Shown: positions 14,047-29,277, numbered from the stretch's first letter. The stretch: 64,000 nt of DNA from Paraspadella gotoi (GCA_051294375.1 CM119266.1:16031384-16095383); one strand, 5' to 3'. The notes: generated by a model not told the origin, from the sequence alone. Made by a program: numbers and translations.

Positions 14047-15137
14047 GAGAGAGAGAAAGAGAAAGAGTGACGGAATACCAGAAGAAAGCAGAGAGAGAGA
14101 GCGAGCCTTTTGTTTTTCCCGTTCATTCCCGCCAGGCGTCGCCGTTCGTCTAGACGATATCCTCGATGCTCTTTTGTTTCCCTTCAATGTTTACGCCATC
14201 GTCGTCTCGCCACTTGGCGACGTCGTCGTCGTAATCGTCGCCGACGACTTAACGGTCTCTTCTCGGAATGAGAGTCCCTCTATCGGAGGGAGAAAACATT
14301 CTTCAAGGTGCTTCTCGTAAAATGATATCGCGAGACTGAGGTAATTAAAAAACAAAGGAGCATCCACCTTCTGGGTTTTTCTCATTAAGAATTTTTATTT
14401 CCGTCACAGGCGCCCGTTAATTCCGAAGCGAGTCGAGAATGTGTTAGATGTTGATAGGTTCATTTACACGACTTTACTTAGTTGTAGCGTTCTAGGGTTT
14501 AACGTAAATGTTAATATAATAGAAAAAAATACAAACTCCACGTTACGTTTCTACAACAAAGATTCACTCTGCCGTTGATAATTTATACTCTCTCCCGTCC
14601 ATCCCCGCGTCTCGCCATTTTTCAAGCGTTAATATGAAAAGCTAAAAGGTCAGTCTCTTGGGTGTCCCACCATTGGTCACCGCCTTTCTGGCAATCGACC
14701 AATCGCCGCCCGCCTAATGGTACCGCGTCGTTCTAAAGAAAATCTATCGATAGATGGGGATCGATGAAAGTAAGCTGGATGGTATTTAAAGATGCGAAAC
14801 GAACCGAGGGGAAGAGGCCTCTAGCGGAGACTGAGTGAAAAATTGTACCAAAGTCAAAGACCAAAAGTAATATCGAACGTTCGAATTAGGGTCGATTTCT
14901 GTAGCAAATTTAGAAAAAAAAATAATCTAATTATATTTTCGGTGTACGTAAACCGACTTACTAAAGTTTAATTAAGCCTGAGAAATCAATTCTTTTCTGA
15001 GAAAGCTAAAGTTGAAAAAAAGAATATATTCTCCCGCCCGTGACCTTTCCATCCGCCCTATCACCTCTCCTGATCGCATCTTTCTTTTTATCAACCGCAT
15101 CTATACCCTTCTTTCCCTCCTCCGTCTTAATTTCGCT

Positions 15138-15172
<35 letters not shown>
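12876..15172. repeat. Fold-back inverted repeat, arms ~12876-13947 and ~14106-15172
   Basis: The same ORF start MKGNKRASRISSRR appears on both strands (13863+, 14187-). The arms are near-identical reverse complements with small indels. Confidence 0.92.
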
Positions 15173-15783
15173 NNNNNNNNNNNNNNNNNNNNNNNNNGGA
15201 GGAGATAAATGACCCCGCGTTCCCGTTGGGTCAGTTTTCTCCGCCTCCGCATTCTTACCATTTCCTCTTTACCTCTAACACTCATTCTTGTCTTTCCCAC
15301 CTTTTACCATCACCACCCATGCCCCCTACCACTTCACCACCGGTTTTTTTGACTCAAGTGGCGGCAAATGACGATTTTTTTTTTCTTTCTGGCTTTTCCT
15401 TTTCGGACGATCTGATGAGCTTCGCACAGCTGTGGTCAGGCGAGCTTGCTCTATTCACGTCAATCTTTCCTCTGAACGATACACGAGCGTCTTCAAAGAT
15501 TGAGTTTGAAAACGCATTACAACGATTGAACTGAATTTTCTCCCCAACTTTTTTTTTTTTGGGGGGGAATTGTAAAGTGTCTGGACGTCGGTTCAATCTG
15601 GTCGGTCACAGGTGGTGGTCAGAACTCGACCCGTCATCTTCGTACTCGGGACAAAGAAAATGGATAGAAATTGGATTCCAGAATGAGGAGGGAATATTAG
15701 GAGGGAAAGAGGGTCAGACTGAAGAGAATGAGAGCGAGTGGGGTAGGGAAGGAAATCATGGGACGAGGGGGGGGAAATAGGGG

Positions 15784-15862
<79 letters not shown>

Positions 15863-16269
15863 GAGGAAACAAAAGAGGAAGAAAGAGAAAAGAAAGAAAT
15901 TTTAAGAATTTGTAACATACAAATACAAATACCTAAATACTTACCGAAATACTTTAACTTGAATCAGTACGGAAATATTTTCTTTTCTTTTTTTTTTGCA
16001 ACCGCCCCCCCTAGCGGGATCTCCTGTCCGAGCTTTAAAAGCCAGCATCAGAAGAAGGAAGCGAATAAATTGGTCAAAACTTCTTACCGAAACTCGATTC
16101 CCGATTCCCCAACACCCAAATCTTTTTGACCGCACGAATCACGGACACACGGACAGACGGACCCTTCACCCCAATCCTTCGAACCCGAGGATAACCACTT
16201 CGACAGAGACATATGGAGGAGAAGGAGGAAGATGAGATGAGAACAGAAGAAGGAAAGAAAAAGGAAGGG

Positions 16270-16638
16270 GAAAAAATGAGAGCATAAAGAGCATAAATAT
16301 GTCACTCGGTTCCTAATTTTCTTTAAATTATTTAGGGTATCGTCTGAACATAGAAAAAGTGAAATTTTTGCAAGAAATAATTTAAAAAACTACTCAAAAT
16401 TGTACGTATGAATGCATATAACTGTAAGTATGTAGCTTTTAAGTCTTGAAAGAGGAAAAGGGATTGAGGAAATGAGACAGATGCCATGAATAATGATGTC
16501 GAGAAATGAGTCTTCGAGCCGTCAAGGAAGATAATTAGATCAAATTCCGGACAATGGGCATTGCGGGAGATGCAGTGGGATGAGGGCATTGCGGGAGATG
16601 CAGTGGGATGAGGGTAGCCAGGTGCCGGACAGAGAGAG

Positions 16639-16719
<81 letters not shown>

Positions 16720-17232
16720 GAGAGAGGGAGCGAGCGAGAGTTATGAGATGCGAAATATTTACGACCGCCCATCATGACGTTGAATTAGTTAACTTACCTT
16801 GGGCCAACGTTGCGTTAGGATTAGAAGTTGCCTTAAATGTTTTTCTTCTCTTTTAAGACTTAATTTTAAATAAATTTTAAGTTCTACCCTTCTAAACAGT
16901 AAACAAAGATTGTTGGATTTATTCTTAGATGCACCGCCTCAGCTTCCCGACGATGCAACGACGACTGTACCTTCATAAAAATTCATTTGCATATTGATGA
17001 CGGCGATTCCTCGGCCACGCCCACCCTGATGAGGCCGAAGCAAATCCTAATTCCACCTGAGCCGCTTCTTTACATTTTTTCGGTACTTTCTTTTTTTTCT
17101 TTTTTTTCTTTTTCTTTCTTTTCTTTTCTTTTCTTTTCTTTTCTTTTCTTTCTTTCTTTTCTTTTCTTTTCTTTTCTTTTCTTTTTCTTTCTTTTCTTTT
17201 CTTTTCTTTTTCTTTCTTTTTCTTTTCTTTCT

Positions 17233-17272
<40 letters not shown>

Positions 17273-17810
17273 TGTCTCTCTCTTTCTATTCTTTGTTCCC
17301 CCGCAGCCGCAACTTCGCCTCTCGTCGCCCAGCGAAGATTTTCTTGACCTTTTTAGCCTCCGTCATCAACGGCTTAAGAAAAGCTTAGGTCAGTTATGAC
17401 CGAAGAAGAAAATTTCATTTTTTTTTTTCTATCTTTCTTTATGCTTTAAAGTACCGAAAAAATGTAAAGAAGCGGCTCAGGTGGAATTAGGATTTGCTTC
17501 GGCCTCATCAGGGTGGGCGTGGCCGAGGAATCGCCGTCATCAATATGCAAATGAATTTTTATGAAGGTACAGGTCGTCGTTGCATCGTCGGGAAGCTGAG
17601 ACGGTGCATCTAAGAATAAATCCAACAATCTTTGTTTACTGTTTAGAAGGGTAGAACTTAAAATTTATTTAAAATTAAGTCTTAAAAAGAGAAGAAAATA
17701 CATTTAAGGCAACTCTAATCCTAACGCAACGTTGGCCCCAAGGTAAGTTAACTAATTCAACGTCATGATGGGCGGGTCGTAAATATTTCGCATCTCATAA
17801 CTCTCGCTCG

Positions 17811-17859
<49 letters not shown>

Positions 17860-18189
17860 CGGCACCTGGCTACCCTCATCCCACTGCATCTCCCGCAATG
17901 CCCATTGTCCGGGATTTGATCTAATTATCTCCTTGACGGGCGAAGACTCATTTCTCCGACATCATATTCATGGCATCTGTCTCATTTCATCAATCTCTTT
18001 TCCTCTTTCAAGACTTAAAAGCTACATACTTACAGTTATATGCAGTCATACGTACAATTTTTGAGTAGTTTTTAAATTATTTCTTGCAAAAATTTCACTT
18101 TTTCTATGTTCAGACGATACCCTAAATAATTTAAAGAAAATTAGGAACCGAGTGACATATTTATGCTCTTTATGCTCTCATTTTTTCCC
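16270..18189. repeat. Inverted repeat, arms ~16270-17090 and ~17447-18189
   Basis: HIDDGDSSATPTLMRPKQ ORF at 16987(+) and 17446-17628(-). Confidence 0.88.
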
Positions 18190-19087
18190 GAGAGACTTTT
18201 ATTTCGCAGGACCGGATTTCAGTTTTTCTCGGAATGCAGTTCAACAATTCCGTGGAAAAAAAAAAGATTAAGGGAATTTCAGGTTTTTGACAAGAGACTT
18301 TCCGTTTTATTTCTTGCTCTTTCTTTTCTCTGCCAGGATCTAAGTGAGTTCGATTAAAAAGAATGAAAGAAAAAAAATGAAAGAAAGAAAAAATGAAGGG
18401 GGGTTTTTCCGAAGGTAATTACCGCTAATGAGAAAGGAAGGCGGATGAGAAGGAAAAAAAAAGGAGGAGAGTGAAAATTAAGAGAGAAATTGAAATTTAA
18501 CCCGGCTGAAAAATGGAAGGGAGAGCACAGTGTTGAATTCTTAACTTGTTTAAATTCTTTATAACGAGTAATGACTTTTTAAAAAAAATATAAATGGAAA
18601 AGTCAGGCGTCATTTTAAAATAATATTTACGTTTTTGTACGTATTATACTGTGACCATGGAACATGGTCCCACTGCACAGTTTTTAGGTTTTCTGTCAAA
18701 AAAGGAAACTCTTAAATCTATTTTTTCTCATGAGTAGATGCGTCCTTTTCGAGATCCACTGTGCCTTCTTTCTCTCTTCCCCCACCTTAGGATCGCCGAG
18801 GAAAGACAGAAAGAAAAATGTCAAGGTGATAAAAGCCGTCATTAAGGAATGTTCCGCCATCTTGTCGTTGAGGACGACGAAAACGACGACGAAGACGACG
18901 ACGACCGAAACGATGAAAGTTTAATCTAGCGAAGCTCAAGCTTTGACCATATGTGCCGCCTTTTCCGCTTCGTTTCCCTTCTTTTTCTCTCATTCTTCAT
19001 TTCAAAACGTGAAAAAAACTTGAAGAGGCAAAATTCTGTTTTAAAATATAATATATATAATAATTAATAATATATAATAATAATAAT

Positions 19088-19129
<42 letters not shown>

Positions 19130-20630
19130 TAATAATAATTCCTGCAACGCTAACCGGAACTCGTTTTCCGTTTCGGAAAAAAAAAAACCTCAAAAAATAG
19201 AGAAAAATAAATCTCGACATTCCAGACATTTTATTTCTTTATTAATAAATTAGCGGGCACCTTATGAGCCTTAACCGGTTAGAAGTTTCCTAACTTTTTT
19301 CTTTCTTTCTCCTTCTCGAGAGTTTTCAGTAATTGAGTCTGTGTTTTTCTTGAACGGTGACTCCTTTCACCAATCAATCAATTTTCCGTCCAAGGCTATT
19401 AGTCGATGTTATTAGAGAAATGATTGGCGATGCGATCGTCAACCTGATTGGAAATACGTGATTAGATTAAATTATGGAACAAAGTAACAGCGAAAGATTT
19501 ATTAGAAGAGTGGTGGATATCAATTAGACTGGGAAAGGAAGTTTCGATGTGATTTTAGTGAAAAGATTTGTCCAAGTGATTTAAAACGATAACTTTTGAA
19601 AAACTATTTACGTATTTATGCTTCACCGAAAAGCAGAACTTATTATCGAATTTAGTTACGAATTCCGAAAAGTTTCTTCTTGACGGATTTTCTTTGCCTG
19701 TCCCACCGAAATTATCTAGAAAACAAAAAAGGAAGGAAAAAAAATTGGGGAAAAAAAAACAAAAAAACTTTCTTAACCTTTTCAGTGACGGAAAATTAGC
19801 AGATGTTACTTACGAAATTATTCAAGGGAAAAAAATCACGTTTTGCTTCGTCTTGAAATTTTTCAGGTTCTTAGGACTTTTGAAAAAAAATGGCTGCGAA
19901 AAAATCACTACTATGTAGTGTGATGAGAGAATTTTAAGTGGATCTTTGTTAGAGTTTTGAAAGTTAAAGGGTTTTATAAATTGAACTACTTTAAAGAGAA
20001 AACATGATTTATTAAGTTATGTTCCTTAGGCAAGAATTATAACAACCGGAAAACTTTATATTTTCCGAAGTCGGAGAAATCAAAGCGTAAAAAGTTCACT
20101 GGGTGAATAGTGAGTCATACTTTTATCTCTCCCACCTAGCTCCTACCAGCCTTCCCCCCCCTAAAAAAATACCCCCTTTTAACGTCATTTTTATTTTTGA
20201 AAAAAAAATGTTATCGAGTTATTTTTCTATATTTTTCTACACTTACGACAGAAACCCACACACGGCGATTGAGATTTTAGGTGGACTGCGAACGACCTGA
20301 GAGAGAATATTGTGAATAGAGATTCTGCGGAGCTCTACGGTAACAGACAATAATAAATAAGTTTGTTACGGTCGTCGCTCCCTCAGGACGCGTTCGTCGT
20401 CGTCGCCTCGCGGCGGCGAAAAAAGAAATATTTTCTCAGACTCGGGCACCGATTTTTGTGTCACCGGAAATAAGTTCTTTGAAGATGGAGAATGAAATGT
20501 TGTTTAAAGTTTGTAATCTAATAAGAGGCTTCGGATCTAGAGCTTCATATTCGATTATGACTCATAAGAAAAATATTAATTATGTTTGCTGTCGTGTGTT
20601 TAAAAATAAGACGCTCTGCAATACTAAGTT

Positions 20631-20886
20631 TGAAGAGGCTGGTTTTACAGGCGCCACACCCACAGCGGTGTCACTCGTGGCAACGCGAGACAGCATGTTC
20701 ATGTAGTCCAGAGCTTTGGATCTGGCAGTAGGCCCATGCTTACAGCGGGTTACCCGGTCCATCCCACTTTCTACATGACAACCTCAGGGCTCGAACCAGG
20801 GACGCACATGGATGGTGCATTAGCACTGAGCCACTGAGGCGCTGTGAAAGTACAGCTTAATCCATCTGTGGTGATAGGACCACCAG
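20631..20886 (-). mobile_element. 256-bp tRNA-derived SINE-like insertion with 5-bp TSD AAGTT
   Basis: Absent from the homologous site at 7368-7372 (single AAGTT) and flanked here by AAGTT at 20626-20630 and 20887-20891. The minus strand has an A-box-like TGGCTCAGTGC and a B-box GGTTCGAGCC at ~20781-20840. Confidence 0.8.
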
Positions 20887-22684
20887 AAGTTCTTCGTTAC
20901 ATAATATGACCATTATTTTTACTTTTTGGAGCCTACCTTCAATCCTTTTTTCATCCGAAAATTGAAAACTGGATAAAAAAAAAAACCTTTGAAAGGCCGG
21001 CCGGGGTAAATTGAGATTTTTTTGATAAGATAAGAAAACTGAGGGAAAAAAATTGTTTTAAAGAAGACTAATATTCTTTGTCGGTTTTTTTTTCGGTTAC
21101 TTTCGGTTAAGTTTTTTATATTTCAATAGCGCGGTCTACGGACGACAGTTCATAACTTTACAGTAATGGTTAAGAAATTTACTAGTCGCGCCGGAGTTTG
21201 GGAAGGTTGTGAGAGCCATTAGCCACCAAAAAACCAAATCGGCCATAATCTTCTTCTTTTTCGTTCTCGCCTCGTCGTCGTCGTCATTGTCGCGTCGTCA
21301 CCGACTCCATTTCGAACCCATTTTCCCTCACTTTGTTCCATCCGCTTTTCGCCTTCTTCCAAGTTTACTTTGAACCCGCGGGCAGACGAGGTTGCGGCGG
21401 CGGCGGCGGTACGGCGGCAGCGGCGGCAGCGGCAGCGCAGCGGCAGCGACGGCGATTGCTACTCAACCCACTTGACCCGCTTCCACCCCATCCACTCCGC
21501 CACACGCGCTCTCCCTTTTTAACCCGTCTACGTGATTCTCCACTTCCGGGTTCCTTCCACTACGAAGGTCGACTGCGTCCTCGCGGTTCGTTGTGGGCGT
21601 GGGCTGAGTCGTGGGCTGAGGCGTGGGATGGGCGTGGGCGTTAGCTGGGACATGTTTGTGGACGTGGGCGTATCATCCCAATCGTTTCTGGAGCCAATTC
21701 AAGTTTCAGTCTGAGTATACTCCTACGAGTAAAACACCAACTCTTGCACCACATTTCACCTTACTAAAATGTATACAATCACTTTTTACTAATGCGCCCA
21801 TCCTCACCTCACAGAATAACAAACTCTCACCACCTTCAAGCGCCAGCATCAACATCACCGGCGCGCCCCTCCTCGCCACTTTCTATCTCCCTCTCCTCTC
21901 GTCTCCTCTCACGAATCGAAGACGTTCACGTCACTCGTTGTAGCCGCTCGTCACCGCCTCTCATCAACTGAGCAAATATACGAGAAAAATCTGCCCCCGC
22001 AACGACGACGACGAGAACGACGACGAGAACGACGACCAAGTTGAATACGATGACAATAATTAATTAGCAAGGATGGCTTGTGTGAAAATTTTTACTATCA
22101 TGAGTGTTAATTTCAATTAATGTCGAAAGGGTAGTTGGGCAAAAGTGACCAGATGAACTTGATAAAAATAGAAAAAAAAACATACCGTTTATAATATAAA
22201 CATTAACAGGAAATAATAGCATAAAATTATTAATAAAAATAAGCACTAATGGACCAAAACTTTTAAAGCCGAAAACGATGACTTTGTCAGTCTTCGAAGA
22301 TGACAATGGGACGACGACGAGGACGACGACGACAGAACTTTTTAACCTTCGTGAAAGTTGTTTAACTTGTCTCTCCCTCTTTCTCTGGTTAAAAGATGAG
22401 AACGTGAGGATTTCTCGTGAGTTTCACTCGCTTGTCCGCCTTCCCGTTCTTCCTGCCCGAGCTTTCTATTTCGTCCTTGAAAAAAAAATGATTTCAGTCA
22501 AAACTTTGATGGACAACGTGAGTAGCTGTTTACCTGGAAATTTATCGTTAATTTTAAAAGCCTAATATTGAGGATTAACTTTTGGTAATTAAATAATTTT
22601 AAGCAATCGAAGCTTTTGAGTTTTATAAACTAAAAAAAACTAAATTCCTAGAATTTTATCCAAAGGCTATTTCCCTTGTTCCTC

Positions 22685-22754
<70 letters not shown>

Positions 22755-22974
22755 GCTTTCGCTCACGATCAGGTGGCGAAGTAAAAGTTTAAAGAATAAG
22801 TGGATAAAAGAAAGAGATTGAGAAAGAGAAAAAGTGGAGAAAGAGAAAGTAAATTGAAATCTTCTTGGGTGGCGGCCGCCGCTTCAATCACGCGAACCAG
22901 GTTTTTGATGAAAAAATAATGGGGAAGGAGATGCGTGGGGAAAGAGGGTGGGGAAGCGAGAGAGAGAGAGAGAC

Positions 22975-23053
<79 letters not shown>

Positions 23054-24124
23054 AGAGAGAGAGAGAGAGAAAGAAAGCCTAACCGCAATGCTACTAATAA
23101 AGCCGTTAGAGCCTATCATTAAGTAGCATTCTGGCAATGAAAACAAATAAGGAAACAAAAGAAGAAAACAACAAAATAAAGCGAATGTAAAGAACGACGG
23201 GAACGACGGGAATCGAAAGAGAGACGAATGAAGTTGGCGATCGATTCGAAGGTCGGGCGCCAGTCGTTGTTGTTGTCGTCGTTGTCGTCGTCCAGGCATT
23301 GAACCGTGCAGATTCGACCCGGAAAAAAAAAAACCTGGGCCCTCGAATCGTCGACCTCGAACCCCAGGAGTGTCGACCTCGTTGCTCGAAGCCTCAATGA
23401 GTTTCGCTTGGAAAAGTCAGAGTTGACAAATGGTTCCGCCCCCTTTTTTTTCGAGAGGCTCTCTCGATTGTCGAAGCTCTCGACGCGACCGAAGGAATGA
23501 ACAAAGTATCAACGAAAGTAGACAGAGTTGAAGGATTTTCAAAGAGTGGCTATAGTTCTTATGCGATAGGGTCGTTCTTGCTAATGTCAGCTTGTTACAT
23601 CGTAGTCTTCTTGGCTAATTTAATAATGAATATATATAAAGTTTATATATCTTACGTTGATAAAATAGACGAGTTTTCAACCTAAGGTGGCAAAAAATAA
23701 TGAATTAAAAGAAGGGAAAAAAAGAGTTTTTAAAAACGCATCTTGTCAATATCTCAGCTTCAACTCTTCATTCTTTTCTCCCCAAATTTTGTAAACAAAC
23801 GACTGAATTTGTTTACGACGATTATCAATACTTTCCTTCGCTCTTGACTCGAGAGGGAGCGACGTATTTCGAACCAACGAAGGAAAAAAAAAAGTAAAAG
23901 TGGATATTTTCACTCTGACGTTTGTTTACCTTTTGTTCTTGAAAAAGTTCTTCACGTGAAATCACCCGAGAGCTCGAGCGACGACGATGATGACGACGAT
24001 GACGACGATCGGTCGACGATGGTGATTAGCCGATTTACGTCACCATAGAGACAACGATGAAAGCTTGTTCGCTCGCTCTCTCTCTCTGCTTTCTTCTGGT
24101 ATTCGTCACTCTTTCTCTCTCTCT

Positions 24125-24212
<88 letters not shown>

Positions 24213-25249
24213 CACACCTTTTCCTTTTGTTTTTCCCGTTCATTCCCGCCAGGCGTCGCCGTTCGTCTAGACGATATCTCGATGCTCTTTTGTTTCCCTT
24301 CAATGTTTACGCCATCGTCGTCTCGCCACTTGGCGACGTCGTCGTCGTAATCGTCGCCGACGACTTAACGGTCTCTTCTCGGAATGAGAGTCCCTCTATC
24401 GGAGGGAGAAAACATTCTTCAAGGTGCTTCTCGTAAAATGATATCGCGAGACTGAGGTAATTAAAAAAACAAAGGAGCATCCACCTTCTGGGTTTTTCTC
24501 ATTAAGAATTTTTATTTCCGTCACAGGCGCCCGTTAATTCCGAAGCGAGTCGAGAATGTGTTAGATGTTGATAGGTTCATTTACACGACTTTACTTAGTT
24601 GTAGCGTTCTAGGGTTTAACGTAAATGTTAATATAATAGAAAAAAATACAAACTCCACGTTACGTTTCTACAACAAAGATTCACTCTGCCGTTGATAATT
24701 TTATACTCTCTCCGTCCATCCCGCGTCTCGCCATTTTTCAAGCGTTAATATGAAAAGCTAAAAGGTCAGTCTCTTGGGTGTCCCACCATTGGTCACCGCC
24801 TTTCTGGCAATCGACCATCGCCGCCCGCCTAATGGTACCGCGTCGTTCTAAAGAAAATCTATCGATAGATGGGGATCGATGAAAGTAAGCTGGATGGTAT
24901 TTAAAGATGCGAAACGAACCGAGGGGAAGAGGCCTCTAGCGGAGACTGAGTGAAAAATTGTACAAAGTCAAAGACCAAAAGTAATATCGAACGTTCGAAT
25001 TAGGGTCGATTTCTGTAGCAAATTAGAAAAAAAAATAATCTAATTATATTTTCGGTGTACGTAAACCGACTTACTAAAGTTTAATTAAGCCTGAGAAATC
25101 AATTCTTTTCTGAGAATGCTAAAGTTGAAAAAAAGAATATATTCTCCCGCCCGTGACCTTTCCATCCGCCTATCACCTCTCCTGATCGCATCTTTCTTTT
25201 TATCAACCGCATCTATACCGTTCTTTCCCTCCTCCGTCTTAATTTCGCT

Positions 25250-25287
<38 letters not shown>

Positions 25288-25459
25288 AGCTTCATAAAGA
25301 AAGAAAGAAAAAAAAATGAATTTCTTCTCGGTCATAACTGACCATAAGCTTTTCTTTAGCCGTTGATGACGGAGGCTAAAAAGGTCAAGAAAATCTTCGC
25401 TGGGCGACGAGAGGCGAAGTTGCGGCTGCGGGGGAACAAAGAATAGAAAGAGAGAGACA

Positions 25460-25507
<48 letters not shown>

Positions 25508-25992
25508 AAAGAAAAAGAAAGAAAAGAAAAGAAAGAAAAGAAAGAAAAAGAAAAGAAAAGAAAAGAAGAAAAAAAGAAAGAAAGAAAAGAAAAGAAAAGA
25601 AAGAAAAGAAAAAAAGAAAAAAAAAAAAAGAAAGTACCGAAAAAATGTAAAGAAGCGGCTCAGGTGGAATTAGGATTTGCTTCGGCCTCATCAGGGTGGG
25701 CGTGGCCGAGGAATCGCCGTCATCAATATGCAAATGAATTTTTATGAAGGTACAGGTCGTCGTTGCATCGTCGGGAAGCTGAGGCGGTGACATCTAAGAA
25801 TAAATCCAACAATCTTTGTTTACTGTTTAGGAAGGGAGAACTTAAAATTTATTTAAAATTAAGTCTTAAAAGAGAAGAAAACATTTAAGGCAACTCTAAT
25901 CCTAACGCAACGTTGGCCCAAGGTAAGTTAACTAATCAACGTCATGATGGGCGGGTCGTAAATATTTCGCATCTCATAACTCTCGCTCCTCC

Positions 25993-26078
<86 letters not shown>

Positions 26079-27735
26079 CTCTCTCTGTCCGGCACCTGGC
26101 TACCCTCATCCCACTGCATCTCCCGCAATGCCCTCATCCCACTGCATCTCCCGCAATGCCCATTGTCCGGAATTTGATCTAATTATCTCCTTGACGGGCG
26201 AAGACTCATTTCTCGACATCATTATTCATGGCATCTGTCTCATTTCCTCAATCCCTTTTCCTCTTTCAAGACTTAAAAGCTACATACTTACAGTTATATG
26301 CATTCATACGTACAATTTTGAGTAGTTTTTTAAATTATTCTTGCAAAAATTTCACTTTTTCTATGTTCAGACGATACCCTATAATAATTAAAGAAAATTA
26401 GGAACCGAGGTGACATATTTTATGCTCTTTATGCTCTCATTTTTTCCCCTTCCTTTTTCTTTCCTTCTTCTGTTCTCATCTCATCTTCCTCCTTCCTCCA
26501 TATGTCTCTGTCGAAGTGTCATCCTCGGGTTCGAAGGATTGGGTGAAGGGTCCGTCTGTCCGTGTGTCCGTGATTCGTGCGGTCAAAAAGATTTGGGTGT
26601 TGGGGAATCGGGAATCGAGTTTCGGTAAGAAGTTTGACCAATTTATTCGCTTCCTTCTTCTGATGCTGGCTTTTAAAGCTCGGACAGAGATCCCGCCTTT
26701 TGGGGGGGCGGTGCANNNNNNNNNNNNNNNNNNNNNNNNNAAAAAAAAGAAAAGAAAATATTCCGTACTGATTCAGAGTTAAAGTATTTCGGTAAGTATT
26801 TAGGTATTTGTATTTGTATGTTACAAATTCTTAAAATGAGAGACTTTTATTTCGCAGGACCGGATTTCAGTTTTTCTCGGAATGCAGTTCAACAATTCCG
26901 TGGAAAAAAAAAAGATTAAGGGAATTTCAGGTTTTTGACAAGAGACTTTCCGTTTTATTTCTTGCTCTTTCTTTTCTCTGCCAGGATCTAAGTGAGTTCG
27001 ATTAAAAAGAATGAAAGAAAAAAAATGAAAGAAAGAAAAAATGAAGGGGGGTTTTTCCGAAGGTAATTACCGCTAATGAGAAAGGAAGGCGGATGAGAAG
27101 GAAAAAAAAAGGAGGAGAGTGAAAATTAAGAGAGAAATTGAAATTTAACCCGGCTGAAAAATGGAAGGGAGAGCACAGTGTTGAATTCTTAACTTGTTTA
27201 AATTCTTTATAACGAGTAATGACTTTTTAAAAAAAATATAAATGGAAAAGTCAGGCGTCATTTTAAAATAATATTTACGTTTTTGTACGTATTATACTGT
27301 GACCATGGAACATGGTCCCACTGCACAGTTTTTAGGTTTTCTGTCAAAAAAGGAAACTCTTAAATCTATTTTTTCTCATGAGTAGATGCGTCCTTTTCGA
27401 GATCCACTGTGCCTTCTTTCTCTCTTCCCCCACCTTAGGATCGCCGAGGAAAGACAGAAAGAAAAATGTCAAGGTGATAAAAGCCGTCATTAAGGAATGT
27501 TCCGCCATCTTGTCGTTGAGGACGACGAAAACGACGACGAAGACGACGACGACCGAAACGATGAAAGTTTAATCTAGCGAAGCTCAAGCTTTGACCATAT
27601 GTGCCGCCTTTTCCGCTTCGTTTCCCTTCTTTTTCTCTCATTCTTCATTTCAAAACGTGAAAAAAACTTGAAGAGGCAAAATTCTGTTTTAAAATATAAT
27701 ATATATAATAATTAATAATATATAATAATAATAAT

Positions 27736-27777
<42 letters not shown>

Positions 27778-29277
27778 TAATAATAATTCCTGCAACGCTA
27801 ACCGGAACTCGTTTTCCGTTTCGGAAAAAAAAAAACCTCAAAAAATAGAGAAAAATAAATCTCGACATTCCAGACATTTTATTTCTTTATTAATAAATTA
27901 GCGGGCACCTTATGAGCCTTAACCGGTTAGAAGTTTCCTAACTTTTTTCTTTCTTTCTCCTTCTCGAGAGTTTTCAGTAATTGAGTCTGTGTTTTTCTTG
28001 AACGGTGACTCCTTTCACCAATCAATCAATTTTCCGTCCAAGGCTATTAGTCGATGTTATTAGAGAAATGATTGGCGATGCGATCGTCAACCTGATTGGA
28101 AATACGTGATTAGATTAAATTATGGAACAAAGTAACAGCGAAAGATTTATTAGAAGAGTGGTGGATATCAATTAGACTGGGAAAGGAAGTTTCGATGTGA
28201 TTTTAGTGAAAAGATTTGTCCAAGTGATTTAAAACGATAACTTTTGAAAAACTATTTACGTATTTATGCTTCACCGAAAAGCAGAACTTATTATCGAATT
28301 TAGTTACGAATTCCGAAAAGTTTCTTCTTGACGGATTTTCTTTGCCTGTCCCACCGAAATTATCTAGAAAACAAAAAAGGAAGGAAAAAAAATTGGGGAA
28401 AAAAAAACAAAAAAACTTTCTTAACCTTTTCAGTGACGGAAAATTAGCAGATGTTACTTACGAAATTATTCAAGGGAAAAAAATCACGTTTTTCTTCGTC
28501 TTGAAATTTTTCAGGTTCTTAGGACTTTTGAAAAAAAATGGCTGCGAAAAAATCACTACTATGTAGTGTGATGAGAGAATTTTAAGTGGATCTTTGTTAG
28601 AGTTTTGAAAGTTAAAGGGTTTTATAAATTGAACTACTTTAAAGAGAAAACATGATTTATTAAGTTATGTTCCTTAGGCAAGAATTATAACAACCGGAAA
28701 ACTTTATATTTTCCGAAGTCGGAGAAATCAAAGCGTAAAAAGTTCACTGGGTGAATAGTGAGTCATACTTTTATCTCTCCCACCTAGCTCCTACCAGCCT
28801 TCCCCCCCCTAAAAAAATACCCCCTTTTAACGTCATTTTTATTTTGAAAAAAAAATGTTATCGAGTTATTTTTCTATATTTTTCTACACTTACGACAGAA
28901 ACCCACACACGGCGATTGAGATTTTAGGTGGACTGCGAACGACCTGAGAGAGAATATTGTGAATAGAGATTCTGCGGAGCTCTACGGTAACAGACAATAA
29001 TAAATAAGTTTGTTACGGTCGTCGCTCCCTCAGGACGCGTTCGTCGTCGTCGCCTCGCGGCGGCGAAAAAAGAAATATTTTCTCAGACTCGGGCACCGAT
29101 TTTTGTGTCACCGGAAATAAGTTCTTTGAAGATGGAGAATGAAATGTTGTTTAAAGTTTGTAATCTAATAAGAGGCTTCGGATCTAGAGCTTCATATTCG
29201 ATTATGACTCATAAGAAAAATATTAATTATGTTTGCTGTCGTGTGTTTAAAAATAAGACGCTCTGCAATACTAAGTT

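Larger units (their letters stand above)
10629..17445. repeat. Direct repeat 10629-~12870 / 15198-~17440 (period ~4570); 10629-~14100 is the reverse complement of ~32720-36170
   Basis: Both copies start GGAGGAGATAAATGACCCCGCG right after a 25-N gap. Identical ORFs occur at 10784/15354 (-) and 35758 (+). Confidence 0.93.

Noticed and set aside
20781-20840. Functional tRNA-Gly gene
   Set aside because: Only ~60 nt, D and T stems incomplete, non-canonical anticodon loop, and embedded in a TSD-flanked insertion.
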